Shown here: positions 47,364 through 57,294 of the stretch, piece after piece
How the letters are laid out: each line of letters opens with the position of its first letter
How positions within the stretch are numbered: position 1 is the first letter of the stretch
From: Promethearchaeota archaeon
Lineage (GTDB): Archaea > Asgardarchaeota > Thorarchaeia > Thorarchaeales > Thorarchaeaceae
DNA: 64,000 bases
NCBI GenBank assembly: GCA_014728035.1
Contig: WJMJ01000062.1
Location: 1-64,000, forward strand
Direction of reading: 5' to 3'
Translations under genes and position numbers: made by a program
Notes under the pieces: generated by a model
What the model was told of the DNA's origin: nothing
What the model saw: only the letters and a program-made list of their open reading frames with translations
Database searches by the model: none

Positions 47364-48188
47364 GTGTTTAGTATGACCAATCTAAGAAATGTAGTGAAAT
47401 ATTTGGAATCTGTCGCTCCACAAAGTCTTACGATAGGTGATCATGATAGCCGAATTGAGATTGGACCCCAAGCTGAACAAGAGCAGATCAATACAACGAT
47501 TAAGCGTATTCTTATTGCAACCTACCCATCTGGAAGAGTCGTGACAAGAAGCACACAAGACAAAGCAAACCTATTGATTACCCATTTCCCAATTTTCCAG
47601 TTTCCAGTATCTCAAATTTCCGGTTTGGACTTGGTCAGAATTCGGTTACTTGCAAAAAATTACATTTCATCATATGTACTAGGCAGTGCAATCATTGGTG
47701 CTAGAAACGGGTTATCAGATGCACTTGTAGAAACATTGGGTTTGCAGCAAGTGCAGGAATTCTATACAATTGGAAAATATTCCGAAACTGTGTCATTTGG
47801 TCGTATATGTAAGATGAATGGAGAGATGAATCATTCACGATTTGCTGATTACATCGCAATGAAACTAGGACAAGATTCAGTTACGTTCACTGGTGATTTA
47901 GACCAACAGGTTAGTTCAATTTTAGTTTGTCCAGGACATCACATGGACATCCCAAATATTATAGCAGCAAATCACATGAATATCAACACGATTGTCACTG
48001 GAAGAATTGCTCCCGAGTGCAGACTTATCGCATCTGAACAGGGACTAAATGTAATCGAAGTAAGAGAGTTTGTTATGGAAGAGATTGGGATGAAACGCCT
48101 TCGTCACCGAATGAGTTTGGAGTTTCCAGAACTGAAAATCGAATTCACTGAATCTGAACCAATATCCAAAACATTAAGGTCTCGTTAG
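47364..48188 (+). CDS. Nif3/DUF34-family protein, degenerate metal site
   Basis: YLESVAP, LLITHFP, FGRI, VCPG, IVTG; several canonical His/Asp ligands missing. Confidence 0.75.
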   Translation: MFSMTNLRNVVKYLESVAPQSLTIGDHDSRIEIGPQAEQEQINTTIKRILIATYPSGRVVTRSTQDKANLLITHFPIFQFPVSQISGLDLVRIRLLAKNYISSYVLGSAIIGARNGLSDALVETLGLQQVQEFYTIGKYSETVSFGRICKMNGEMNHSRFADYIAMKLGQDSVTFTGDLDQQVSSILVCPGHHMDIPNIIAANHMNINTIVTGRIAPECRLIASEQGLNVIEVREFVMEEIGMKRLRHRMSLEFPELKIEFTESEPISKTLRSR

Positions 48189-48192
48189 TCAA

Positions 48193-49074
48193 TCAGGGCC
48201 GACGGATTAGAATCACGTTCTTGTTCTTCTCAACACCAATATGTTCAGCAACGGGAATACACTTTGTGCGAAGTATATGTACAGTTGGACATGTTGGCTC
48301 GAATTCCGTCATTGATTCATAATTCCCCATTCCTTTTGCAACAATTACTTCTGCAGTATTCAATAACTCCTTGAATTCATCAGATGCACGGTCTAAGTTG
48401 ACTCCAATAGCAGCAGCACCAGTTTCTTTCACCTCATCAGCACAATCACCTAATGCAACCTGCTCAGCATCAATGACAGTAGCATCATTCAAAATAGGTC
48501 CAGACTTTACTACTGCAATAACACGAGGACCAAGTTTTTTGATTTCGTGGATAAGAATCATATCCAGAACAACCTCACCTGCATTATCCATGAGGTAAAC
48601 AACTTCATTCGCTTTTTGTACTAAAGTTCTAAATTCGGGAATCATATCTACAGCAAGGTCAGACTCAACATGGTCGATTATACCACGAAGTTCCTCAAGG
48701 TCAAAATCTCTTCCAGACACATCAAACTCGATTGCGTTTGCTGCTGCAGCTATCAAAGTGGCCTTTCTGAATCTTACACGGTCTTCACCAGCCTCTTCAA
48801 CAATTTGCTTCAATTCATGAAGAATATCTAAAGCCATTTTATTAGATTGGATTTTCAATTCTTCGTATGGATCCTTCCCGGTCATTTGTTGAACAAGCAA
48901 ATCACGGTCAGTCCCTATATGAGAGGGTACTGAATTTTCAGTCAGATTTCTTGCCAAAAAATCCAACATCTTTGCTGCTACCTGCATCTGCAAATCAGGG
49001 TCATCTGTTGCAAGTTTTGTCTGATTAATCGCTCGTTCAAGAAGACAATGCACACAGTGAAGTCTGACTTTCAT
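48193..49074 (-). CDS. DUF89/ARMT1-like damage-control metal-dependent phosphatase
   Basis: N-terminal CxxC, DPYEELK, DNAGE, ILNDAT, KGMGNYE, RTKC. Confidence 0.9.
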   Translation of the reverse strand: MKVRLHCVHCLLERAINQTKLATDDPDLQMQVAAKMLDFLARNLTENSVPSHIGTDRDLLVQQMTGKDPYEELKIQSNKMALDILHELKQIVEEAGEDRVRFRKATLIAAAANAIEFDVSGRDFDLEELRGIIDHVESDLAVDMIPEFRTLVQKANEVVYLMDNAGEVVLDMILIHEIKKLGPRVIAVVKSGPILNDATVIDAEQVALGDCADEVKETGAAAIGVNLDRASDEFKELLNTAEVIVAKGMGNYESMTEFEPTCPTVHILRTKCIPVAEHIGVEKNKNVILIRRP

Positions 49075-49127
49075 GATATTTCAACAGGTTCTAGACAAAA
49101 CAAGCTATTGAAAAATGGAACGGAAGG

Positions 49128-49151
49128 TACTAGGAGCCGAAGCTCCCAGTA
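49128..49151 (-). terminator. C(UUCG)G tetraloop hairpin immediately after the tpiA stop
   Basis: Minus strand TACTGGGAGC-TTCG-GCTCCTAGTA followed by CCTTCCGTTCCATTTTT. Confidence 0.6.
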
Positions 49152-49152
49152 A

Positions 49153-49885
<733 letters not shown>

Positions 49886-49922
49886 CGAACAGTGCTGGTT
49901 AATAAGTTACTATGATACCAAA

Positions 49923-50531
49923 CTATCTAACAGTACCCACAAGGAGCTTCAGAATAGGAACTCGTGCGTAGCCATTTCGATTAAGTTGGCCGATGGGCTT
50001 CCTTAACTCAATTTTAACAAATTTTCCAGGTTCTGAATTCTTGTAGTACTGCATGTAAATATCCGAGAACTCGGAAAATGTTGCAGCACTCAAAAGTTCT
50101 TTCACAACATCATTTGAAATTCTGATAAAGACATCCTCATCCGAAATAGCACCAGAGCCAAATTTCACTTCATCATTGGCAGGTTTGCTAACATTGAAAC
50201 GTTCACCCATTGCCATGAATTCGATTCGAAACTCATCTGGACCTTCAAGACAATCACATATCGTGGAATCAGCAAACATGTATTTCAAACGATCAGTAAT
50301 AGAATCATGATAGGGAATTGTTCCTCCCCTTTCTGCTATAGGTGTTGAATCAACTTCTGCAGCAGCAGATTCTTCTTCAGATGGAACCGCTTCAGATTTT
50401 TCAGTTTCCTCTATGGCGTCTTCTTGTTCCTTAGCCTCAGATTCCACCTCTTCTACTTCTTCGGCAGCTTCTTCTTTCTTTTCCTTCTCATCTTCGTCTT
50501 CTTTGCCTCGTCCCAGCAATCTTCTTAGCAT
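49923..50531 (-). CDS. Hypothetical protein: amphipathic N-terminus, acidic linker, SCP2-like C-terminal domain
   Basis: MLRRLLGR, then an E-rich linker, then GERFNV...KFGSG...DVFIRIS (SCP2-like pattern, weak). Confidence 0.6.
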   Translation of the reverse strand: MLRRLLGRGKEDEDEKEKKEEAAEEVEEVESEAKEQEDAIEETEKSEAVPSEEESAAAEVDSTPIAERGGTIPYHDSITDRLKYMFADSTICDCLEGPDEFRIEFMAMGERFNVSKPANDEVKFGSGAISDEDVFIRISNDVVKELLSAATFSEFSDIYMQYYKNSEPGKFVKIELRKPIGQLNRNGYARVPILKLLVGTVR

Positions 50532-50657
50532 TTTAAGCGGTCTCCGTATATTGAATTCATAAAACAAAAGTCGGTTTCCAACTTGTCCTATGAATTCATA
50601 TTTTCTATGTATTGTATAAGTATGTCTTCCTTGAAAAACATAATTAGAGTGTACACA

Positions 50658-50930
50658 TTAACTGGTAGGAGATACCTGAGAAGACTGAGAGCCATTCTCA
50701 ATAGCCGCTTGTTCTAGCTGTGCAACCAGAGGAAGACCACCGGATTTCGTCTTTGTCCCCCACAACTCGTCAACCAGAAGGTCGCGTATTGCAATCCTAA
50801 TTACCTCTGAACGATTGGGGTACATTCCTGCATTAATTAGTTTGTCCACACCTTCAACATAAGATTCAGGCATGCATATTGTGACTACTTTCAAAGTGTC
50901 TAGCACCACGGGCATTGTAGAATCTATCAC
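50658..50930 (-). CDS. Ribbon-helix-helix (CopG/Arc/MetJ) regulator
   Basis: VVTICMPESYVEGVDKLINAGMYPNRSEVIRIAIRDLL. Confidence 0.88.
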   Translation of the reverse strand: MIDSTMPVVLDTLKVVTICMPESYVEGVDKLINAGMYPNRSEVIRIAIRDLLVDELWGTKTKSGGLPLVAQLEQAAIENGSQSSQVSPTS

Positions 50931-51042
50931 TAATTAAATAGAGTCACATGCCAGTATACATCCACGTAACACTAGGTCGTTATTCGGGAGAATTTAAGAG
51001 AGCTTGGTCCTATGAATTCCTAAACAAAGGAGTAGCAAGTAA

Positions 51043-51339
51043 ATGGGAAAGAAAACAAGCAACAAAGGAAAAGTCCGAGCTAGTCATATCCTAGTAGAGA
51101 AACACAGCCAAGCATTGGATCTCATTCGTCGCATTCAGGAAGGAGAAGATTTCGGAGCACTAGCACGTGAACATAGTAGTTGTAGTTCAGCCAAGAAGGG
51201 CGGAGACCTCGGGTTTTTCACTAGAGGGCAAATGGTCAAAGAGTTTGAAAGGGCAGCTTATGGACTTAGTGTTGGAGCAATAACAACAGACCCAGTGAAG
51301 ACTCAATTCGGATATCATGTCATTAAAAGAACAGGCTAG
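51043..51339 (+). CDS. ppiC: Parvulin-type peptidyl-prolyl isomerase
   Basis: VRASHILV, GGDLGFFTRGQMVKEFE, TQFGYHVI. Confidence 0.95.
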   Translation: MGKKTSNKGKVRASHILVEKHSQALDLIRRIQEGEDFGALAREHSSCSSAKKGGDLGFFTRGQMVKEFERAAYGLSVGAITTDPVKTQFGYHVIKRTG

Positions 51340-51394
51340 AACAACTAATAGATGGATGAACCACTCTTTTCCGAGTTATAATAGATAAAAGAAA

Positions 51395-51424
51395 ATTGCT
51401 TGCGAGCAGTAAAGCTCGCAGCAA
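51395..51424. terminator. Hairpin between convergent ppiC and fbp
   Basis: TTGC(T)TGCGAGC-AGTAAA-GCTCGCA-GCAA. Confidence 0.5.
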
Positions 51425-51446
51425 ATCAATTTGTTTCGCAATTGAA

Positions 51447-52595
51447 TTATTCTGCAGAGTCTGAATCGTCTCTAGCTTCGCCTTTAACCACAATCTCTTC
51501 TTCAGAGAAGCGAGGTTCGCACTTTTTGAGGACACCAGGAAGTGTTGTGTACTCCATTGCTTCTTGCTCAAGACGATGTGGTTGGAATGGTCCAGTTCGG
51601 CGGAGATAGTCAGCAATCTCCATTGCTCTCTGACGAGTGATGTCAAATGCAACATCCTTGAAGAGGTCAATTGGACCAACTAGTTGACCATTGCATATCT
51701 GGAACCCTAGACCTATGACTCGAGGAGGCCCATCGAATCGAGTACAGACCGAATTCTCTAAGTCAACTGGCATGAGGGGGCCGGTATGTGAACCTCTCAT
51801 CCAACCAGATACAAGATGTGGTAGCGTGAAAGCTTCAAGAACTTCACCCATGGCGGGGAGTCCTGAATGAGCTCGAACAATTGCCACGGGGTCATCTTTT
51901 CCAACATATTTGCCAGCAATATTGTGCAGTTTGTCAGTGCTTACTGCAGCTGCGATAAGGCCATCCTTCCGGTATATCTTCTTGATTGTGTATTGACCTG
52001 TACTACCGAGTAATGCGAGTAAATCGTACATGTCTTCCGGACATTTCATTTCCACGTAACATGGAATTTCTTTCTTGATGTCCTGTACAATGAAACTGAA
52101 TCCTTGGTGAAGATTTGGGTCAATTACAAGTCCCGCTGTGTTGAAAGGGTCGGCGAACATTTTGAATAGCGGGAAGTTGAAAGCGCCGGGTTCGGTCTTG
52201 TCAGCCATGAAAATACCAAATGGCTCAGATTTTCTTTCGGTGATAGTCATTTCAGCAGATCCCGGACCCATCCCCTTTATGTTACCACTGAAGGTATCAG
52301 AGAGAATGTCTTGGCCTGCTGCGTATATCTTCATCTCACGGGCTTTCTCGGTACCTTTCATGAAGGTATCCCAAGCAAGACGGTGAACATCTTCATTTTC
52401 TTCACCTTTATCGTGGGTCATGATAAGCTCGAGGTCGTCACCGGCATGGGCAACATAGAAGTCATTGATGATTTTCTTCTCAACTCCTTCTTTCAAGGAT
52501 TTCCTAGCAAGTTCGAGAATAAAATCTGGAACAACAACATGGCCAGCAAGTGAACCGATATCAGCCTTGATCACGGTGATGGTAGTTTCAACCAT
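51447..52595 (-). CDS. fbp: Bifunctional fructose-1,6-bisphosphate aldolase/phosphatase (class V)
   Basis: KADIG, GDD, DKTEPGAFN, YVGKDDP, GWMRGSH, RFDGPPR, MEYTTL. Confidence 0.97.
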   Translation of the reverse strand: MVETTITVIKADIGSLAGHVVVPDFILELARKSLKEGVEKKIINDFYVAHAGDDLELIMTHDKGEENEDVHRLAWDTFMKGTEKAREMKIYAAGQDILSDTFSGNIKGMGPGSAEMTITERKSEPFGIFMADKTEPGAFNFPLFKMFADPFNTAGLVIDPNLHQGFSFIVQDIKKEIPCYVEMKCPEDMYDLLALLGSTGQYTIKKIYRKDGLIAAAVSTDKLHNIAGKYVGKDDPVAIVRAHSGLPAMGEVLEAFTLPHLVSGWMRGSHTGPLMPVDLENSVCTRFDGPPRVIGLGFQICNGQLVGPIDLFKDVAFDITRQRAMEIADYLRRTGPFQPHRLEQEAMEYTTLPGVLKKCEPRFSEEEIVVKGEARDDSDSAE

Positions 52596-52625
52596 TCATA
52601 TTAACTCCTAATGCAACATCTAATT

Positions 52626-52702
52626 GAGCGAATCCGCTCTGAGAGGGATGAACAAGCCGAAGATGACGGTGTAATAGACGTTTCGGAAGCATCGCCCTCT
52701 GC
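52626..52702 (-). promoter_or_regulatory. Structured GC-rich 5' leader of fbp
   Basis: Nested pairings AGAGGG(C)GATG/CATCCCTCT, CCGAA/TTCGG and ACG/CGT, plus a GAGCG-GATT-CGCTC hairpin; TTATAT box at 52731-52726. Confidence 0.5.
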
Positions 52703-52833
52703 GTGATGATAACTATTCTACATACATATAACTGTAGCTGCTTGTCAAAATAGTGAATGTACATAAGAGGGTAGAAATGTACCATATTTGACAAGATATG
52801 CTTTCAGGCTGAAAGTAACAAGGGAGTGAAAAA

Positions 52834-53664
52834 ATGTCAGAAGATACAGTTTCAGCTAAGAGACCTGAAACACCAGATAGAAAACAATACCATATTGAAG
52901 TCGAAAGAGGAAAAGTTGCACCCACCGTTTTGTTGCCAGGGGATCCAAAACGGGTTAAGAAAATCAGCTCGGAATGGGATGCTTTTGAGGAGGTAGGCAA
53001 TCACAGACAGTATGTAACTCATACTGGCACTTACATGAAGACGCCAATATCCGCATGCTCAACAGGAATTGGTGGGCCGGGAGCTGCTATTGCAGTAGAA
53101 GAGCTTGCTAATGTAGGAGTACAGAATTTCATCAGGGTGGGATCATGTGCTACGTTGAAAAAAGATATTGAAATTGGAAACCTTATAATCTCAACAGGTG
53201 CGGTGCGATTAGAGGGAACGAGTAAACAATATATTAGAAATGAATATCCAGCCATTGCGTCATACGAGGTCATACTTGCATTGGTCGAGGCTGCGGAAAA
53301 TATTGGAGTCACATATCATTTGGGGCTCTCAGCATCGACGGATTCGTTCTATCTCGGACAATCTAGACCGGGTTTTGGGGGATATGAGCAACAATGGAGT
53401 AAAGAATTGATAGAGGAACTCACCAGAGCAAATGTATACAACTTTGAGATGGAAGCTGCAACTATCTTTACTTTGGCTAACCTTTACGGATTCCGCGCGG
53501 GGGCTGTATGTGCCGTATATGCAAATCGTCCAAGAGATGAATTTGCTGTAAAAGGAGAAAATGATGTAATAAGATGTGGAAATGAAGCCGCGAAGATTCT
53601 TGCAGAAATCGATGAGCAAAAAGAAAGTAGAAAGAAAAGATATTGGTCAAGACTTACTAGTTGA
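52834..53664 (+). CDS. udp: Uridine/nucleoside phosphorylase
   Basis: PGDPKR, STGIGGP, IRVGSC, RLEGTS, NFEMEAA. Confidence 0.9.
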   Translation: MSEDTVSAKRPETPDRKQYHIEVERGKVAPTVLLPGDPKRVKKISSEWDAFEEVGNHRQYVTHTGTYMKTPISACSTGIGGPGAAIAVEELANVGVQNFIRVGSCATLKKDIEIGNLIISTGAVRLEGTSKQYIRNEYPAIASYEVILALVEAAENIGVTYHLGLSASTDSFYLGQSRPGFGGYEQQWSKELIEELTRANVYNFEMEAATIFTLANLYGFRAGAVCAVYANRPRDEFAVKGENDVIRCGNEAAKILAEIDEQKESRKKRYWSRLTS

Positions 53665-53689
53665 CTTGACTCAATATCTATCTTTGATG

Positions 53690-55504
53690 CTATTTTCCAA
53701 CGTAGTAGTATTCACCTTCAGCTTTTTGCTGTTGGTCCAATCGGGACCCCGTCTTATTAACACGAGGGCGTCCTGTCTGTGGATCTCTACGAAATGTAAC
53801 GCCCATCTGTTTTAGAAATGCGTTCATTCCCCTACGAAGAGTGGTAACACTGTGTGCAACACCTTTCTTTCCAGGGGTGCCATCGAAGACCACCATGCTG
53901 TCACTCAAATAATCTGCCATGAGAATACTGTGTTCAACTACAAAAGCAGTCTTCATTTTAAGTTGCATCATATGACGTATTGCTCGTGAGCTAGCTAATC
54001 TCTGCTCAATATCGAGAAAAGCAGATGGTTCGTCAAAGAGATAGATATCTGCATCCTTTGCAAGACAAGTAGCAATAGCAGCTCGTTGGAGTTCACCACC
54101 ACTAAGATCTCCAACACCATGATCCAGTAGGTGTTCAAGCTCTAATTTCCGTATCACAGATGTCTTGAAATCAGATGTATCAGCAGTGGAACCTCCTGCT
54201 TCGCGTAAGAGCATACGTACAGTACCAGGATAGGAATCCTCAATGTATTGTGGTTTGTAAGCGACTTTTAGGTCTAATCCAGTTGCAGTCTTAGATGGAA
54301 CTTCACCTGCATCGGGTTCCAACAGTCCTGCTAGCATCTTCACAAAGGTTGTCTTTCCGATTCCATTAGGACCCAAAATTCCAATAATTTGTCCCTTAGC
54401 AACTCGCCCACCTTTGACATGGAGTTCAAAGTCCTCAAACTCCTTTTTCATATCACCATATTCAAGCAAAGTTTCTCCATGAGAAAAATCACTATCTTCT
54501 GCTGACATCCCCTTGAAGGATATCGAAGTGTCACGAAATCGCATGTTTTCATCTGGAATATATCCATCAAGAAAGATGTTCACCCCAACACGAGTCCCGT
54601 GAGGATGTGATACGATACCATAGACTCCAGGATCTCCATAGAACATACAGACAAGATCTGAAACGTAATCGAGAATTGAGAGGTCATGTTCAACCACTAC
54701 TACAGTCTTACCTAATTCTGAGAGTTGACGAATAGCCCTTCCAACTCGTAATCGTTCACGGACATCTAGGTAAGCGGTAGGTTCGTCAAAAAAGTAGATA
54801 TCTCCGTCTCGAACTATAGCCGCGGTTATTGCAGTACGTTGAAGTTCTCCGCCACTAAGAAACTTGATGGGACGGTCCCAAATGCTTTCTAGGTTCATAT
54901 CATTCTTCAATTCTTTAAGACGGCCAGAAGTGTCAGCTCCTTCTAAAAGATCACTTATCGGTTTATCCGCAATCGACGATATTTTTGGTAAATCGGTTAT
55001 GTTCTGTGGTTTCAGAATTGGAGTGATTTCACCAGCCTGAATACGTTCAAAGAAGGGTTGTAGTTCAGACCCACGATATTGGGTGATGATCTCATCCCAT
55101 TCTGGAGGATTATCGAATCTTCCTAGATTTGGTTTCAGTTCACCAGCAAGTATTCGTAGTGCTGTGGTCTTGCCAACTCCATTGGGCCCAATTAGACCTA
55201 ACACCCGGCCTTCCTTTGGAATAGGCATCCGAAAGAGTTTGAAGCCATTTGCACTATATCTGTGACTTGTATCGGTTTCAAGCTGTTCTGGTAGATTCAC
55301 AATTGTGATTGCATTATAGGGGCACTTCTTCACACATATTGCTTCTCCTGAGCATAATGACTCAACAATAGTAGGGGGTTTATCAGGACCCTCGGTAAAG
55401 ACAACGGTCTCATCTCCAGTACGTACCCGTGGACAGAACCTTCTACATTCATGGGTGCAGTCCTTTGGTCTACAGCGAAATTTATCTAGAACAGCAATAC
55501 GCAT
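53690..55504 (-). CDS. rli1: Ribosome recycling ATPase ABCE1/Rli1
   Basis: N-terminal Fe-S domain, two ABC NBDs (GPNGVGKT, GPNGIGKT, LSGGELQR x2), hinge TFRRDPQTGRPRVNK. Confidence 0.97.
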   Translation of the reverse strand: MRIAVLDKFRCRPKDCTHECRRFCPRVRTGDETVVFTEGPDKPPTIVESLCSGEAICVKKCPYNAITIVNLPEQLETDTSHRYSANGFKLFRMPIPKEGRVLGLIGPNGVGKTTALRILAGELKPNLGRFDNPPEWDEIITQYRGSELQPFFERIQAGEITPILKPQNITDLPKISSIADKPISDLLEGADTSGRLKELKNDMNLESIWDRPIKFLSGGELQRTAITAAIVRDGDIYFFDEPTAYLDVRERLRVGRAIRQLSELGKTVVVVEHDLSILDYVSDLVCMFYGDPGVYGIVSHPHGTRVGVNIFLDGYIPDENMRFRDTSISFKGMSAEDSDFSHGETLLEYGDMKKEFEDFELHVKGGRVAKGQIIGILGPNGIGKTTFVKMLAGLLEPDAGEVPSKTATGLDLKVAYKPQYIEDSYPGTVRMLLREAGGSTADTSDFKTSVIRKLELEHLLDHGVGDLSGGELQRAAIATCLAKDADIYLFDEPSAFLDIEQRLASSRAIRHMMQLKMKTAFVVEHSILMADYLSDSMVVFDGTPGKKGVAHSVTTLRRGMNAFLKQMGVTFRRDPQTGRPRVNKTGSRLDQQQKAEGEYYYVGK

Positions 55505-55627
55505 TAATATGCCACCTTTGAAGTATAATTTCGGTGAACTGGATTGCTATTTAGGACTTTGGCTCTATTCGCCTTTTTGCAAAACCTTTTCAATATAGAT
55601 AAGAAACAGAATATCGGAGTGCAATAA

Positions 55628-55858
55628 ATGCGTCTTCTCGATAAGATTCTAGACATTTTTAACAGACAATCAAGTCTACAAATTGGTGCGATGAATCATC
55701 CAAATGATCTGATGAAGTATATCCAAGCAATAAGAGCTCATGCATTCCAAAAAATAACTGGAAAAAGATTGATATTTCCAGATTTGACCTCCAATAAACC
55801 AAAGAATGTATCCGAGTCACTCTCACCGTTAAGAAGATTCGTAAGAAGAGGTTTATAG
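55628..55858 (+). CDS. Small hypothetical protein
   Basis: GGAGTG SD before ATG; 76 aa; no recognisable motif. Confidence 0.5.
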   Translation: MRLLDKILDIFNRQSSLQIGAMNHPNDLMKYIQAIRAHAFQKITGKRLIFPDLTSNKPKNVSESLSPLRRFVRRGL

Positions 55859-55876
55859 AGTTCCGATAATTGTTCT

Positions 55877-55953
55877 ATGCGGGATGATGATATATTAAGG
55901 AAGGTGAGCGTCCATCAAGCGCTATGATCCGATAAACCGCAATCTGACCGCAT
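55877..55953 (+). ncRNA. Box C/D 2'-O-methylation guide sRNA
   Basis: Terminal stem ATGCGG/CCGCAT; box C ATGATGA 55884-90; D' GTGA 55904-07; C' ATGATCC 55924-30; box D CTGA 55944-47; two 13-nt guides; TTTATA box at 55852-57. Confidence 0.85.
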
Positions 55954-56000
55954 CTTTCCAAGAATATTGAGTTCGACACTAGATTTTGGAGTGAAGAATC

Positions 56001-56417
56001 TTGCCACCGTTCAAATGTAATCATGATGGTACTTGTACAGAAATTAGATTATGTTGCACAGATACAGAGATGACACTTACAAAAAAAGATGCAAAACGAA
56101 TAGATGCACTCGGTTATAACCGAGAAGACTATCTAATCAGGATGGATGACGGTTTCTGTCAGATACGAAACATTGAAGGACGATGTTATTTTTACAATCC
56201 CGACCAGCTAACTTGTAGGATTTATAGCCACAGACCAGAAGGATGTAAATACTATCCAATTGTATACAATGTGGAAAAAGGGAAATGTGTTGTGGATTAT
56301 GATTGCCCATCCGGAAAAACGGTGACCGAAGAGGACATCGAAGAGATTTGCGATAAAGTCAAGTTTCTTGTGACTGTTTTGATGAAAGAGGCGGACTGCC
56401 GTGATGGACCGTGCTGA
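56001..56417 (+). CDS. YkgJ/CxxCxxCC family cysteine-cluster protein
   Basis: C...C...CC, CYF, CRIYSHRPEGCKYYP. Confidence 0.85.
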   Translation: MPPFKCNHDGTCTEIRLCCTDTEMTLTKKDAKRIDALGYNREDYLIRMDDGFCQIRNIEGRCYFYNPDQLTCRIYSHRPEGCKYYPIVYNVEKGKCVVDYDCPSGKTVTEEDIEEICDKVKFLVTVLMKEADCRDGPC

Positions 56418-57243
56418 TTTACATATCCATTCAACTTTTTCGGATGGGAAACTCACCCCTTCAAAGATTGTGAGAGTTGCGGAAGCAAAAGGTCTTGGTG
56501 CTATTGCACTTACAGATCATGATACATTGAATGGGATTCCTGAGTTCATTCACGCCGAATCAAAATCCAATTTGTTGCGTATTCCTGGTGTAGAAATAAG
56601 TACAGAATATAAAAACCAAAGATTCCATCTACTTGGGTATTATCCCCCTTTGGATTCAAAACCAGTGATAAACGCGCTCGAAAGATTAGAACGGTCAAGA
56701 AAAGAAAGGATTCCAAAAATGTGTGAAAAACTAGAGGAGTTAGGAATAGGGATTTCTAAGGAAGACGTCGTTGCAATCGCTAATATTGCAAGTCCCGGGA
56801 GACCTCATGTAGGTAGAGCTCTTGTTAAGATTGGAGCAGTTGATACCGTCCAAGAAGCATTTGACAAATATCTCGGAAGGGGAAAGCCAGCATATGTTGA
56901 GAAGGAGAGAATGAATACAATAGAGACAATCAAGCTGCTTAGAAGAGAACATTCGATTCCAGTACTAGCACATCCATTACTTGAAAAAGTTCAGAATCTT
57001 GAACAGATTCTATTACGATTTAAACAAGCTGGGCTGATTGGTGTTGAGCTGGGATACAAATATGGAAAACATGAATCGTGGAGAGATTTGCAGAATCTGG
57101 AATCTATAGCGACAAGATTAGGGTTAATTTTGACCGGAGGTAGTGATTCACATGGAGATTCATCGCATAGTCCAATAGGCGGTATTACAGTTTCAATCAG
57201 AATTGCAAATATAATACAACAGATTCATGAAGAAGGTTATTGA
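56404..57243 (+). CDS. PHP domain phosphoesterase (YciV/TrpH-like)
   Basis: DLHIHSTFSDG, LTDHD, GVEIS, GRPH, AHP, GGSDSHG. Confidence 0.92.
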   Translation: MDRADLHIHSTFSDGKLTPSKIVRVAEAKGLGAIALTDHDTLNGIPEFIHAESKSNLLRIPGVEISTEYKNQRFHLLGYYPPLDSKPVINALERLERSRKERIPKMCEKLEELGIGISKEDVVAIANIASPGRPHVGRALVKIGAVDTVQEAFDKYLGRGKPAYVEKERMNTIETIKLLRREHSIPVLAHPLLEKVQNLEQILLRFKQAGLIGVELGYKYGKHESWRDLQNLESIATRLGLILTGGSDSHGDSSHSPIGGITVSIRIANIIQQIHEEGY

Positions 57244-57294
57244 CATCCCAAAACCTAATCAACACCATAGTTGCTCTTAAAGAGGGATTAACCA

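Noticed and set aside
52703-52812. GTGATGA...CTGA as a second box C/D RNA
   Set aside because: The spacing is about 110 nt with no C'/D' boxes or terminal stem, and it overlaps promoter elements.
56410-56420. TGC-TGA at the end of the YkgJ gene as selenocysteine readthrough
   Set aside because: It is a normal overlap with the PHP gene start, the domain is already complete, and no SECIS-like element is seen.
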